NCBI GenBank assembly: GCA_028534125.1
Contig: CM052817.1
Span: 43,588,001-43,652,000, forward strand
Reading direction: 5' to 3'
Source: Lama glama
Taxonomy: Eukaryota
Length of the DNA: 64,000 nt
Shown piece by piece: positions 1 through 13,649 of this stretch (position 1 is its first letter; every line of letters begins with the position of its first letter). The notes beneath the pieces are model-generated. The model ran no database searches. It saw only the letters and a list, made by a program, of their open reading frames with translations, and was not told the DNA's origin. The position numbers and the translations under genes were made by a program.

Positions 1-350
1 TTCGTTGAGCAAGGATTGGGTTTCAAGGCTTAAAGGTTGAGTTCAGAGAAAATTCCTTTCATTTTTTACTGAAAGCTTAAAACCTCAGAGTATACATTGC
101 AGGTCTGTAGTGGTATCTATGCCTTTAGAATAATTTTTAAAAATAACTTTATTCCAACTGGCGCATGTTTCTTCACACTCCTTTCTTACCCTTAACAAAG
201 TCAGAGCTGCTCCTGGGCTCATATTCTCAGCAGTGTCACTACCACGTATGGCAGCAACTGAGAGAGTTGAGCCATTTTCACACAGGGGACAGGAAGTTTT
301 CAGGAGGCTAGAAGGAGGGACAGCGGGTCGCTTGTTTCATCCTTTCCCCC

Positions 351-459
351 CACTAGACTGGATGTCAGGGGGCCTGGACTTTAGTCCCAATTAACTCATC
401 TGTAAAAGAGTTAGACTAAATTTTCCCTGACTCCCTTAAATGTCACAATTTTATGCTTC
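351..459 (+). mobile_element. MIR/MIR3-type SINE fragment
   Basis: Degenerate MIR core ('ctcatctgtaaaa') and a MIR3-like 3' end ('gagttagactaaa...attttatgcttc'). Confidence 0.45.
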
Positions 460-633
460 CTCCCAGCCACTCCCTTAAAATGCTTAGATAAATTTGCTTC
501 ATTACCCTGACAAAGGAAAGATGAAATGTGAGAGAACATTTACACGAGAGGTATATTCCCATGTTATGTGAACTTACTTTTCCGAAAGGAAATAATACAA
601 TTAACTGTATCATAAAAACGCCCTTTCGGGTAG

Positions 634-1119
634 TATATTAGTTTCCTATGGCTGCTGTTAACTAGTTACCACCAATTTAGCGGCTTACAACACTATAAAT
701 TTATTCTTTTGCAGGTCTGGAGGTCTGGAAGTCTGGCATGGGTTTCTCTGGGCTAAAGTCAAGGTGTCTGCAGGTCTGGTTCTTTCTTAAGGCTCAGAGG
801 GGAGAACCTGTTCCTCTGTCTTTTTCAGCCACTGTGTTCCTTGGCTTACTGTCCCTTCTTCCATCTTCAAGGCACACCGCTCCAGCTGCCACTTCTGCCA
901 TTACATCTCCTCTTCCGGGGTGGTTTCTCCCTCTGCCTCCCTCCTCTACGGACGCCTGTGGTTACATGATTGGGTCCATCTGGATAATCCACGCTACTCT
1001 ATCTCCCATCTCAAAATCTTTAATCACATCTGCAAAGTCCCTTTTGCCACCTAAGGTTATACAGCACAGTAGGGGACTAGAATCTGAACAACTCAGGGGC
1101 CATTACTCAGACTCTCACA
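634..1119 (-). mobile_element. MaLR solo LTR, MLT1D-like
   Basis: 'tattagtttcctatggctgctg...ggctaaagtcaaggtgtctgcagg...taatcacatctgcaaagtcccttttgcca' is the reverse complement of the MLT1D consensus over about 485 bp. Confidence 0.9.
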
Positions 1120-2480
1120 GGCAGCATATTTGTGACGATCATTTTTAAAACATAAAGTTGAAATTTTACAGACAGTGGGTTGAAGGTCCAAGGGCCCCAC
1201 CTGCCCTTCTTCTTCTCCTTTCCTGGGCTTCCTCTCAAGCAGAGGAAGGGGCAGGGAACAGTCTGGGGAAACTGGAACCATCAAGTTCAATCGACGAGGT
1301 TGGGCTTCAGTAACTGTCTTAGCAGCCTGGGCTAGAACAATAGCAAAGTTACGAAAGCATACCTTTGTTCCCTGTACCCTCCCCTCTTGGAACTGCCACC
1401 TTCCTCCTGCTGCTTCTCTCCAGAGGAAAGGAAGTTTGAGCCAGAAGTTCTCCATGGTACCTGTGCCAGCTCTCTGCACTGTTTTAAAAGTTCTGTTTTC
1501 TACTCCAACCTGACAGTTCGGGAGCAACTAGGTTACATGTTGTTTAGAGTTGCTGATTCAAGGAATTCACATAGAGCTTTTCATCTTCATGGAGATGTTA
1601 TGCCATTCCAATCTGATTAGCTGGAAACTTTAAAGACCAACCTTTTAAGCGCTCTTTTTATTTCAGAGGCCCTAACTCCTTCCCATTCATAGAGTCAGCA
1701 GTGCTTCTGAGTATCTTCAGGGACTCCTATTCCCTCCCTCCCTCGATCCTCCACCCAAAAACTCCTCTGGAGCCTCGGGACGAAGCAAACTGCAAACCGT
1801 GCATCTGGAGGGCCTCCTATGCGGGGTCTTCTTAAAACGCATGCTTTACCAAAAACTGGCATCTGTCACTGACGCCCAAAAACAGAAATGATGAAAAATG
1901 TGGTGAAGAAGACACTGCTCGAAACATATCGAACTATGTTTAAAGGTGCTCCATAATTTGCTTTCGTTGTAGAGATGACTTTTATTCTTTTCACTTAGAA
2001 ACTCTAAATCAAACAGAACTTTTCTTTCTGAATTTTAAAGATTATGCAATCCAAATAGGTGAAGGGTAATCAACTCAAAGGGCCTCTGTTTCTCCACATG
2101 GAGCACTCTGCGGACTGTGGTTGAAAACAATTTTTTTAAACCAGTGTAAAAGCAAGATTAATAAAACTGTGTGACAGTGATGCCAGAAATCAGTTCAGAT
2201 ACTCACACTGGTTCTTGAAAATGAATCAAATGGCCCTTAAACCTCCTTGATAATTACATCTTGAAAGGGGAGCATTTTATTTTAACTTACTTTATTCCTT
2301 TAGGGAGCAATTATCTTAATCTACTGCAATTTCTGTATGAATGGAGATTAGCCATATTCATTTAGGAGAAACACCACTCATTTTGTCTCAGGCTAAATGA
2401 AAGTCCTTTCCTGACAGTTCTACACCATGGCTGCATAGTACTCCATCATATAGGTGTTTCGGTCACCATATACCCACATA

Positions 2481-3122
2481 CAGTGGATTCTCATTATTTG
2501 TGGTAGTTACGTTCTATGAAGTCTCCACAAACACTGAATTAGTTAATACTGAACCATTGCTCTTTGGGGAAGTACAAGGTAGGGTTCCTACAGCCTCTGG
2601 TCACAACATTTACATTTTCATCAATCAAGCTATACATAACCTTATTTTACATGTTTCTGTTTAAGGACAGCTTATTTAACATACATCGTTGATTCATCAG
2701 CATTGAACTCACACCTAACAGTACCGTATATAGTAAATGCCTGAACAAAACTCATCTAACACACACATTTTCCCCATAAGGCACATCACTGGCTTCTTGC
2801 TTAAGAAACTAGACTGCACTTCAGTGCTATGCTGGAAGGCCATTTTAAACTGTGAAATCACCACCAAAAAGCACAAAAATGTGAAAAACATGGTACTAAA
2901 TAGACTGTGAAAAAGATACTTGTTTATAGTGTGAGAAGTGAAACAAGAAGGCAGATCATCATCTTGTCTGACTTCTTCCAGGAACGTGCATGTCAAGCAA
3001 CTCGAATTTTCTGCCACTCTGCTCATGCCCTCAATAACTACAAAAGTGCCATGAGTATTGATTTGGGGGCTACAAATAAATGTTAGTGAGTAGGTGAATC
3101 CACAGATAACGAGGCTCAACTG
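2481..3122 (+). mobile_element. MER82 (TcMar-Tigger non-autonomous DNA transposon), full length
   Basis: Imperfect TIRs CAGTGGATTCTCATTATTTG...CAGATAACGAGGCTCAACTG. TA dinucleotides on both sides (2479-2480, 3123-3124). Internal sequence follows MER82. Confidence 0.9.
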
Positions 3123-3189
3123 TATTATATCTCGTAAGAAACATGTCCAGTCTCTTTAACCCTTAGTCACCTCTCAGACACTCCCTGAT

Positions 3190-3326
3190 CCGCTGTGAGT
3201 TCTCCTGGTTCCTCGGGTCCGGCAGTGCTGACCCTGTTTTACTACCTATCAGTGTCCAGCAACCACACAGCAAAATTCCTAGCTGACACGGAGGAGGCAC
3301 TCGATTTATGTTTGTTAAATTAATCA
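3190..3326 (+). mobile_element. L2 LINE 3' end fragment
   Basis: 'ctgacacggaggaggcactcgatttatgtttgttaaattaat' resembles the L2 terminus. Confidence 0.5.
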
Positions 3327-3709
3327 AACCAGTCTGGCTGACCCCAAAGGAACCTTCAGTCATTCCCCTCTGAGATCAGTGTTATAAAACAGTTCTATAC
3401 TATCTCCAACACTCAAAGTACCAAACATCATTAACCTAAAAAACGGTAGCCCAGAACGAAGAAATAATGTTTCCCAATGAAATGAAATGACATCTGCCTC
3501 CAGCTCCTCAGTTGACCCAGTATCTTCTGGAACATTCATGCACACAGCTAAGAAAATCCCATCACTACAGAAGGTGCAGGCAAAGGAGGGGAAGGTGTCA
3601 GGTTAAAGAGGTGAGAAATCAGAGCAAAGTAACAAACCAAATCACTGGGTCCCAGCCGCAGGAACGATAGAAAACAGCATTGCCCAAGCAGTGATCCCCT
3701 TGCCTGGGG

Positions 3710-3879
3710 CAGTATTTCTCAAAGTGTGCACCTGAGGAGCTGAAGTAACTATTAAAATATGCAGATCCCATGTTCTACACCAGACCAAATACTGCAGAAT
3801 CTCCAAGCATGGATCAGAGAGCTGAATTCTCAACAAGCTCTCTGCGCACGCTCACACAAACCTATGTTTGGGAGTCCTG
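3710..3879. mobile_element. MER5-family hAT-Charlie element
   Basis: 'cagtatttctcaaagtgtg...aaaatatgcagat...caacaagctc...tttgggagtcctg' matches the MER5 layout. Confidence 0.6.
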
Positions 3880-3889
3880 CTCCAGACAG

Positions 3890-4312
3890 AGAATGGGTGC
3901 AGTACGGAGCCACAGCTTCTGGTGCCTCCTGAGAACTGGGTCCAAAGGCCCAATCCATCCACTAGCCAGGAAACATGGAGCCTCCACGCTCATCTGTAAA
4001 TGTGAGAGTAATACTCAGTTTACAGGATTGCTCTGCTGTGACACTGCTGACACTTGGGGCGCGATAACTGTCTTCAGTGAGGGTCATCCTGTGTGTGCTA
4101 GGATGTTTGGCAGCATCCACGGCCTCTACCCACTAGATGACAGTAGTAACACCCCAGTAGCGACAATCGTAACTATTTCCAGACATTGCCAAATTTCCCC
4201 TGGGGAGCAGGGGACAGAGTAAGTGGTTGAGACCCACTGATTTAAAGGACTTGCAGCTCTACTAAATGTGACAGTGTCTGACACATGGTAGGCTACTGAT
4301 AAATGTTTATTA
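3890..4312 (+). mobile_element. MIR SINE interrupted by MER20
   Basis: MIR core 'ctcatctgtaaatg...acaggattgct' lies before the MER20. The MIR 3' part 'acagtgtctgacacatggtagg...ataaatgtttattat' follows it. Confidence 0.55.
4038..4239 (-). mobile_element. MER20 (hAT-Charlie)
   Basis: 'aggatgtttggcagcatcc..ggcctctacccactagatg...ccagacattgccaaat...ggttgagacccactg' is the reverse complement of MER20. Confidence 0.88.
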
Positions 4313-4788
4313 TCTTTCTTCTTTCTCAACCCACAATGAGTACCCAGAAAAGAGAGGCTCTGACAATTTTCACAAAGGTCCTCAGTGCTTTTTGTATTTT
4401 TGACCTCCTTTGTTTCTCATCAGTGGCACCTTAAACCCTGGCTTTGCAGTCAGTTAAACTGAGCAGGCATTAGGCTATAAATTTAACTTGACTTTTGTTC
4501 TTAATATTGCAAATTTTCAGAAGCAATTGGTTGAGTCTTAACTTTACAATTCATGCACATCATATGTACAGGGGTGAATGTGGGGTGAAGGCTCAGAGCC
4601 CTTATATCACTCTCAGGATTAATTTGACAACAAGTCTTTCATAGGCCAGTTCCTCAGCTCATAATCAAAGCACTAAAAGATTGGAGTGCACAGCCCATGG
4701 ACTTCTCATCCAAAGCAAGTCAAGATTCGCCATCCGTGAAACAAAGAGATTGGACTCAAGTCTCAGGTTCCTCTAAAATTCCATGTAA

Positions 4789-5395
4789 TTTTTTTTATTG
4801 AAGTATAGTAAGTTACAATGTGTCGATTTCTAATCTACAGCATAATGTCCCTGTCATGCATATGTGTACATATATTCACTTTCATATTCTTTTTCATTAA
4901 AGGTTTTTAGAAGATACTGAATATAGTTCCCTGTGCAATACAGGAGAAATTTGGTTTTTTATCTATTTTTATATACAGTGGTTAACATTTGAAAATCTCA
5001 AACTCCCAAACTTATTCCTTTCCACCCCTCTTGCCTGGTAACCATAAGATTGTTTACTATGTCTGCAAGTCTGTTTCTTTTGTAGATGAGTTCATTAGTG
5101 TCCTCTTTTTCTTTTCTTTTTTTTTCCTTTTTAGATTCTACATATGAGTGGTATCATAAGGTATTTTTCTTTCTCTTTCTGGCTTACTTCATTTAGAATG
5201 ATGATCTCCAGATTCATCCATGTTGCTGCAAATGGCATTACTTTATTATTTTTTATCACTCAGTAGTATTTCATTGTATAAATATACCACAACTTCTTTA
5301 TCCAGTCACCTGTCAATGGACATTTAAGTTGCTTCCATGTCTTGGCTACTGCATATAGTGTTGCTATGAACATTGGGGTACATGTATCTTTTTGA
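4789..5395 (-). mobile_element. 5'-truncated lineage-specific L1 (3' UTR plus end of ORF2)
   Basis: Poly-T, then 'attgaagtatag...atatagttccctgtgc...ggcttacttcatttagaatg...tccatgttgctgcaaatggc...gctatgaacattgggg'. Degenerate TSD TAAAATTCCATGTA (4774-4787) / TAAAATTTCATACA (5396-5409). Confidence 0.92.
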
Positions 5396-5525
5396 TAAAA
5401 TTTCATACACTTTTAAAAATTCTATAATTCCAGTCAACTCCTAATACTTTGTTTCTTTACCTAGCTTCTAACTCATCAATAATTGTATACTAGTATCAAA
5501 ACTTAAAAAGATAACTATATTTTAA

Positions 5526-5860
5526 CATTCACTCAATAAATGTTTAATCAAAGTAACAGTTCGTGTCTACTCTGTGAAAAGCTTAATCTTCCCACCAACA
5601 CCAAAAAATGATAGACATGGTCGCTGACCCCAAGAAGGGGAGGCAAACACACAGAACAAAAATCAGATAAAAATCAAAATGAAATATTTGCTGTGGGCAA
5701 ATGCAATAAGAGTAAACCTGAGACTGGAAAAAGATGAACAAAAGTTCAAGTGGTGAGGGAGAACTCATGTCTGAGAGAAAGAAATGGTTAAAAACAGAAC
5801 AGTTGGAAAGAGAGAAAAAGATTTTCACTTGGCCTTCCAGACTTGGGGACAAACAAGAAA
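5526..5860 (-). mobile_element. L2 fragment
   Basis: 'cattcactcaataaatgttta...agacatggtcgctgaccccaagaag' resembles the reverse-complement L2 3' end. Confidence 0.45.
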
Positions 5861-6712
5861 AAGATCAATTCAAGGCATGCTGGAAAGTGCAAGTTACAAT
5901 GTCCTCATCACTTTTTCATAAGAGGAGACATCTCGCCTTGAAGTACAGTCACTTTGAGTGATGAAAGATACGACTATAGAGGTAAATACACTGGATAATT
6001 AGAAATGGCAATTTGCTAGAAGAGGTTTCATCAAACTGATGCTTCGCTGACTTCTTTGGCAGCAACTTGTGCAGAAAAAAAAAATGTAATTCTGGGGCCA
6101 CAGCAAACTTAGACGTATTACTTTCTTGAATAGATTGATCATATCAGTGCCGCAGCAATCCCTTTATTTGCTTCAAAATAACACAGGGAAAGAGTTGAAA
6201 GATAGCCTCCAAGTATGTGTTAGGAGCTGCTCTCTCTTTTCTTTCAACTGCAGCATATTCTTCCTCCACTCAAACCTGCCTCGCTTTCATAATAATCAAC
6301 AGCGCTGCTTTGGGAGAAATATGTCTGCAATAACATATGGCAGGGGTGTAGCCTTGTCAGTAGCTCCACGTCGTGTGTGTGTTAAATATGAGGCACAGAC
6401 TCATGTCTCCTAGAAGCTTATAGTGAATTATTTGTGGTTGAACACATGATGTGTCCAAGAAAAGAGTCCTGTTCGTTTTTGGCTAACCTGACATCTATTT
6501 TGAGTAGCAACAACCACAGCAAAAATCAGGTTCTGACAAGGGCTAGAAACCTACTGTCGACGGAACTGCTTCATCATCCCAAGTCAGATTCATGTTCATC
6601 GGCCGTAAGCGAAGACCGGCATTCAGTGTCTTCACGTTGGATGGGCAGACAGTTGGGGGGGAGGTTCTTGCTGCTTATATTTCCCTAAAGAAGTTATATT
6701 TCACAATTGTAG

Positions 6713-7055
6713 TTCTATAGGCTGAATTCTGTATTTCCCCAAAATTCATACATTGAAAACTAACCACAAATGCAGGGGAGGGCTTCTGGGAGATGATTAG
6801 GTCATGAGGTTGAATGGAATCATTACTTTTATAAAAGAGACCCTGGAGAGCGCCCTCATTCTTTCTGCCATGTGAGGACACAGCAAGAAGACAGCCATCT
6901 GTGAACCAGGGAGCAGGCTCTCACCAGACAAGGAATTTGCTGGCACCTTAATCTTGGACTTCCCAGCCTCTAGAACTCTGAGAAATAAATGTCTGTTGTT
7001 TATAAGCCACCCAATCTATGGCATTCTGTTAGAGCAGCCCCAAAAGACTAAGACA
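6713..7055 (+). mobile_element. MaLR solo LTR, MLT1A0-like
   Basis: 'ccccaaaattcat...gccatgtgaggacacagcaagaag...ctcaccagaca...atcttggacttcccagcctc...gagaaataaat...gactaagaca'. Confidence 0.9.
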
Positions 7056-7825
7056 AGCCATTATATTCCATTATATGTGGCACCACCACTGACACACACA
7101 TTTTCATGGATCTCTTCATAGGGGAATATGAGTTAAGACCAAAAAAATAAATTGGCATATTACAAGCACTAAATATTTCAAAATACTAGTTAGTTTTACT
7201 TAATTTTGACCATTTTATTGACTTGCTCAGTCATTAATTTAGAAAAACGGCTTTCATGCTCTGGAGGCAAATGCCCTCCAGTAGCATCCACTCCAAAGAG
7301 TTCATTTCTCTCTCACACAAACAGACTGAAAGCAGAAAGCAAGAAATGCCACCACTACATGAAGGGATATCAGACTAAGGGTGCCTGCAGAGGTGATCAT
7401 CTCTGGAGAGATCATTACTCACAGAAGCCACAGTCATTCTTCAGCTAGAAAGATCACACAAGCCACTGCTCTTAAAACCTAAAGTCCCCAAACTAATAGA
7501 ACTCATTTATCATTCACCACTGATTCTCCACTGGTAAAACTAGATTACTCTGAATGACAGTCCCAAGAGGAATTGTGAGATTCAACTAGAAAACCAATCC
7601 ATCAACACATATGCCTACCACTGAGTGACAAAAGGTGGGGTATATCGAATACATTTAAACAAAATTGTCCTTGTCCTCAAGAAAGATTCAATATAGTTGA
7701 AAGGAGTTAAGATACTGAAATATGTCTAAGGTATTTTAGCATCAAGCCATACACCAGAGAGAATGGCAAAAAGCATCCCAAATGAATGCTGGCCTGTCAC
7801 TTTCCTGTATTCTTTATTTTCTTCT

Positions 7826-8320
7826 TTGTTTGGGTTCTTCCCAAAGCAGGGTCTGAAACAAGACAAGGACTCAGGGAAAAGGTAATTCATTTGGAAGATG
7901 TCCCAGAAAGCATGAGTGAGTGGGAGGGAAGAGTGACAAAAAGACAGAGGAGAAGCCAAGGTGTGTTGAAGATCATGGTCAGTCAGGTCTGTGTGCCAGT
8001 GGGACCTCTAAGAGGCAAAAAGAATGCCTTCCAGAATGTTCATCTGCTGGGATGGAGGCTGGGGCTTTCAGCTGAAGGTTTTCAGGGGCATAAACTCCAT
8101 CATACTGACGATCTGCACTTGCAGCCTGGCCTAGCTGACTCCAGTGATCTGAGAAGGCCTTGAGATAGAGAAAAGAGGCTGCCTGGCAGGTAAGGCACTA
8201 TTTGCATGAATCTGAGCTCTCATGGACCTATCACACATCCAACCCCCAAAAGAAGTGGCGAAAAGCAGACATGGGCAAAGGAGATGAGATGTGAAGCGTC
8301 AAAAGCACCTGCTGCACCGT
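7826..8320 (-). mobile_element. ERVL LTR, LTR33/LTR16-like
   Basis: 'tgggttcttcccaaagcagggtctgaaacaag...ttcatttggaagatgtcccagaaagca' resembles the reverse-complement LTR33 3' end. Right boundary uncertain. Confidence 0.55.
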
Positions 8321-8589
8321 CCTGCTCCAAAAGTGTTGTGTGAGTTCTCTGTTCACCTCTGAATATTCAGTCCCCTCTTCACTCTCAACTTTTTCCTTTG
8401 TCTCAGTCCTTCTTCCTTGTCCAACCTCCTCTATGTATCCGAAACAAGCTATATTTCTATTCAACAAATTGCCTAACTTCTGAGCTTTCCCACTTTAAAA
8501 TTCTTTCATGATGCTGTGTATAATTTTTTAAAATTTGTTCAATTAATAAAATACTGATGTGCTAGGCTCCCTGGGAGAAATAAAGATGA

Positions 8590-8830
8590 TGATGATGACG
8601 ATAAAACAACAACTATTAATTACTGACATCGTATTATGTGCCAGTCCTTTACATGTATGAGCACATTTAATCTCCATGGCAATTCTTTAAACCACTTGCC
8701 CCATTTTAGAGATGCTTCTTCACTTCCTTGAGACAGAGAAATTCAGGAATTTGCCCAAGATCACACAAATATTAAGTGGAGAAGCCAGAATTTAAACCCA
8801 GGCAATCTGACTTCAAGAGCCCAGACTAAC
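8590..8830 (-). mobile_element. MIR SINE
   Basis: 'tatgtgccag...catttaatc...cccattttagagatg...ttgcccaagatcacaca...gaatttaaacccaggcaatctgact'. Confidence 0.8.
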
Positions 8831-10063
8831 TGCAGTTAGGGTGGGGTGGAAGAAGAGACAAAATAACCATAGTTAAGCAACAATCATGGTTATTGAGATA
8901 AAAACAATGAGTTGCTTGTAGAAGCAAAAACATAAGCAGAACTTTTGCAAAACTTCATCTAAAGCATCCGACACATACTATCCCCAGAATCTCACCCACA
9001 CTTCTGCTCTGCTTTGTCTCAGTCATCCCTCACCCAACTCTTTGTTTTTCAAACCCCGTTTCATTGCAACAATTTTTGCTCATTTTTTACTTCAGTTTCA
9101 AAAGGCCTATGAACACCACCACCTGTGGAGTTCCATGATTTTCATTTAAACTCTACAGGGAAAAAAATCTTCAGATCCAAAAAAAGGAATGATTCTGGAG
9201 TTTCCCAATTCTCTTATATGATAGAGAGATCATTATTCCCAGATCTTCACATGACTTTTTCTTCTCCTCTACCACTTTTGAGGAACAGAGAATGTATGAA
9301 ATCTTGGAGTGAAAACAATATGCAATCACCACTAGTAATACTGTAGAATAAATGCATGCCCACAGACACCACTAAGATAAAGTTAGAGAAGCCAGTTCAA
9401 GGAGAAAAGAAAATCTCTAAATTTAGCTCAGGGTTTTAACTTTGAACACCAAGATGAAGGATGAATATAAAAGGTATAATAAGAGTATGTACTGATTATT
9501 CAAGTATATAATTATTTAATCATGTAAAGACTTCTAACAAGGTTTTACATCAAAGACTAAGAACAAATTAGCAAGGGTCTAGAAAACTTTCATTATTCAT
9601 TCCATAAAGTTTTTGAGTTGATACTATGTTCTAGAATAGATGCTTTACTGCCCTAGAAACTAGAGATACTATGATCAATAAAACATGATATAAATAAAGA
9701 ACTGGCCTTGAGATTTAAAAAAATAATAATAAATGAGCCTTCCCCTAGATGAAAATAACACACAGATCCCCAGGACCTGGTAATGTGAACAGTCTCCTTT
9801 CAACATTTTTAAATGTTACTTTAACATACTTTAACATGTTTATGATTTTTCTAATTCATCAGACCCTTGAGTAATAAGACGCCAGCCTAACAGAAGATCT
9901 CAGAAGCTAGGTGACAAGGCAGACAATTGATAGATAAGAAACAATGGGGTGGGGAGGGACTGTCACTTAATGCATTTAAGAAAATTCAATCTAAATTATA
10001 TGCGGAAGAAGATATGTGTTTAGACCTACAAAAGCAATCAGGCAGTCGCCGTACACCACCCCT

Positions 10064-10479
10064 TGCATTGGTCTGCTAGAGCTGCCATAACAAAATACCA
10101 CACACCAAGTGGCTCAAATAACAGAACTTTATTTGTCACAGTTCTGGAGTCTGGCAAGTCCAAGATCATGATTGCCCCCTGAGTTTCTGGGAAGAGCTCT
10201 CTTTCTGCCTTGCAGATGCTTCCCTTCTCACAAGGTGGTCACATTTCCTTTCTTCCCATGTTCATGGCCCCAGGGGGAGGCAGGGATCAGAGAGCAAGAG
10301 AAGCGTTCTCTGGTGTCTCTTCCTCTTCTTCTAAGAGCACCAAACCAATCAGATCAAAGCTACACTTGTGGCCTCATTTAACTTTAATTACTTCTGTAAA
10401 GGCCCTATTTCCAAATACAGTTACTTTGGGGGTTGGGCCTTCAACATATGAATTTGGGGAGACAAGTCAGTCCATAGCA
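10064..10479 (-). mobile_element. MaLR solo LTR, MLT1B-like
   Basis: TG...CA termini with a perfect 5-bp TSD CCCCT (10059-10063, 10480-10484). Internal 'gctgccataacaaaataccac...ttcaacatatgaatttgggg'. Confidence 0.92.
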
Positions 10480-10554
10480 CCCCTTAAAGATGTCAACCTC
10501 GGACACTGCTACAGACCAAAAGCACAAAAAAATTGCAAGTATTTCTTCCACTAT

Positions 10555-11610
10555 TAAAATAATACTTACTAAGTAATTACTCTTTGCCAGATACTATCTT
10601 ATGCTGTGAACAGGAATGAAGGAAGGGCGAGAAGGAGAGGTTAAAGAGCCTGCCTTCACAGCAGTACATTCTACTAGATAGCGATAAGCAATAAGTAACC
10701 AAACAACTAAGTAAAGAATAACCAGCAGCAGTGGGGATGACGGGGAAGGGAGTTGGGAGAGGTGACCCACTTAGACAGCATGAACAAGTGAAGTGAGGTT
10801 CAGTCATGTGAGGTTTCTGGGGACAGTGTTTCAAGGAGAAAGAATGGACAACGCAAAAGCTTGAGTTAGTAACAAGCTTGGCACATGTGCGGAAAGAAGC
10901 CACAGTGGCTGAACTGCACAAGTCCCAAGGTGAACAGTGTGAAATGAGGTCTGAGAAGGAGGCAGGAAGATGTCGATCGTGGTGAAGGGTCTGCATTTAG
11001 ACTAATTACAACAAAGAGGCACTGGTGGGTGTTACACAGGGAAGGGGCCTGATCTGACTGCACTGCAGTCAGTTGGGGTTTTCTGTGGCCAGAAAAGGAT
11101 ATAGCCAGGCAACAGCAGAAAGGGAAGAAAACAGCTTAGAAGGCTAGTGCATCAGTCTAGCAAAAGAAGATGGAGGATTTTTTGGAGGAGGGTTGACAAA
11201 ATGGACTTACAGTCTATTTTAGGGAGTAGAAGCATAAGACATGATCATGGATTGGACGCGGAGGGTAGAATTGTGAAAAATGCAGTATTTATCTTAAGCC
11301 AAAAATTATATAAGTGGGAGGGGGATTGGAAGAATAGATTGGCAGAGGGTTGTGGAATCAAGGGTTCTCTTTTGAACTTGTGAAGTCAGAGGATCCTCTA
11401 GACATGTAAATGGAGAAGTAACATAGAGATGTTCCATCTGTGTCTGCACAGGAGGGATCAGGGATGGAGGAAGGTACTGGTGAGTCGGTATAGAGATGAC
11501 ATATCTGAAGCCACAGGGCTGGATGAGAACCTAGGCAAAGCCCATCGCTGAAGAGGCAGGTCTGCGACTACACTCGAGGCACACCGACTTCCAGAGGACG
11601 AATAGCCAGC
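10555..11610 (-). mobile_element. L2 LINE (3' portion, about 1 kb)
   Basis: Purine-rich L2 antisense pattern, e.g. 'gggcctgatctgact', 'atgatcatggattggacgcggaggg', 'tgaagccacagggctggatgaga'. Confidence 0.8.
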
Positions 11611-12392
11611 AAAAGCACCCTTGCGGTGATAAAAACCACATCCTTCCCTGCTCCTCACACCATGTTCTGAACCTGGACAACTGAGAGCACATTTCCAACC
11701 TCTGAACTCCAAGAACAATGTGAGAAGATTCAGGGGAGTGCAAGAAAAGTGGTCAAGAGAGTGAAAGCCCATCATGGGAATATTAAAGGAAACGATTAAG
11801 GCCATCCAATCTGACTGAAGGAAACCAAGAGGGATGCACTGACTTGCTCACCAGTTACTTCAGTTTTGAAAAATCAAACCTAAATTCAATGAAAATGAAA
11901 ATGTTGTCCACAATGTGCATTTGAAGTAAGCATGATATAATCATGCATGTGGTCAGATAAATCAGAAGAGCTGACAGGTGAATATACCAGAAGTGGAAGC
12001 AGATGACGGATAACCCAAGGCAAGCCCAAAGGACTTCCTGTCTTGGCAAGCCCTTAACTCTCTCTGGGCCTCACCTGCAATTCAGTGGTAATGCCACATG
12101 CCTCTTCACCTGGACATTACTAAATAGTTAACAGCCGGAATTAAAACCACATCAGTAGGGCATGCTCCTGGAGCTGTTTTCCACCTGTGATGGTGCTTTT
12201 ATGACTGTCTGTTCATGCTGCTGCCTTTTTATAGCCACTTAAAGATGAGGGCGGCGGGGGGAGAATCAAGCCAACCATCCACACAGGGATGAAGTCATAA
12301 CCATGGCATCAGTGACCCTTCATTGGAATAATGCAGAATATGCCACATCAGAGTTGATATGCAGTCTAGAAGTCCAAAGTGCAAAGCCCTTC

Positions 12393-12760
12393 TGTGATGG
12401 TCAGTTTTATGTGGCAACTTGGCTAGGTTGTAGTCCCCAGTTATTTATCCAACCAGTTATCTAGGTGTCACTGTGAAGCTATTTTGTACAGATAATTATC
12501 TACAATCAGGTGACTCGAAGTGAAGGAGATTACACTCAATAATCTGCGTGCCCCTGATTCAAACAGATGAAAGGTCTTAAGAGAAAAGCTGAGGTTTCCT
12601 TGAGGAAGAAATTCCATGGTGGCCTGCAGAGTCCAGTGGCCTACCTAGATCACAAAATATGTACAAGCCAATTCCTTGCGTAAACAAACAGATAAATAAA
12701 TCTGTGTGTGTGTGTTCATTCTGCTTGTTCTGTTTTTCTGGTGGAACTCTGACTTACATA
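12393..12760 (+). mobile_element. ERVL solo LTR, MLT2D-like
   Basis: 'tgtgatggtcagttttatgtggcaacttggctagg...caatcaggtgact...gttctgtttttctggtggaactctgact'. Near-TSD CCTTC/CCTGC. Confidence 0.85.
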
Positions 12761-13649
12761 CCTGCCTCTTCTGCACAGAGAAGGAAATCAAGCTGATGTA
12801 AATGCACATCACTGCAGCTGAAGAGTATTTGTTTCCATAGAAGGGAAGTAGGGAAAGTTGCTCCCCTCTCATCAGGAGGCAAAGAGCAACCAACAGCAGA
12901 GCTGTTGACAGGTGATGAAGACCCTAGTCAGAAAACTCGCACCTCTCATTAATCATACGCTCCATGTACTTGGCAAATCTAAAATTTAGTACCAGTTTTT
13001 TAAGGTCTTGTTTACCTGTACAGCCAAAGGACTCCCCTCTCCAACCCCCGTTAAATCCAATGTATAAAAACTGGAATAAAATCTAATGCTGATGTGGCCT
13101 TTAAACCTTAGTTTAGTTCCATGAGTTTAGTCAGTCCCTTGAGCTTTCTCCCAGAAATGCCTGGGCAGAGGGTAAATATCTGGGGCTGCTATGGAGACAA
13201 AATTTGGTGGAGCAATTCCTTCTCCAAAGAGCAAATATTAGCTAGCTTGGTTTTCTGCCTGTCACCCCTCCTCACCTCTATGAGTCATCTCCCCTCCCAA
13301 GGGAAGGGCAGGTGTGAAGGTAACATCATTCCCTAGCTGCCCAGGTGATCCGGATCCAAGATTAGGGGCTCCCTCCCCTCTCACCACTCCACCTATGTCC
13401 CTTCTTAAACATTAGCTCGATTAAAGGATTCATTTTTCTAATAGAGGAACACAGCGAGGAACATATAAGTAGTCTAACAGCTCTGTTTGGACCTCCGACA
13501 TCAAAACGCTGGACTCAAGAATGTGTGCCTCCCAGCTCTCCTCTTCATCTTTCATATATATAATTGACCAGTTTCTCTTTAAATGCACCAACATCTTCAT
13601 TTGTGCTCAAAATATTTATTGGGCACTTTGGAAGAAACAAAAGTAAATC

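Noticed and set aside
738..1527. 136-aa and 144-aa ORFs
   Set aside because: The first lies mostly within an MLT1D LTR. Neither resembles a known protein or has convincing exon structure.
3770..4222. 150-aa ORF
   Set aside because: Runs across MER5, MIR and MER20 remnants, so it is a chance ORF.
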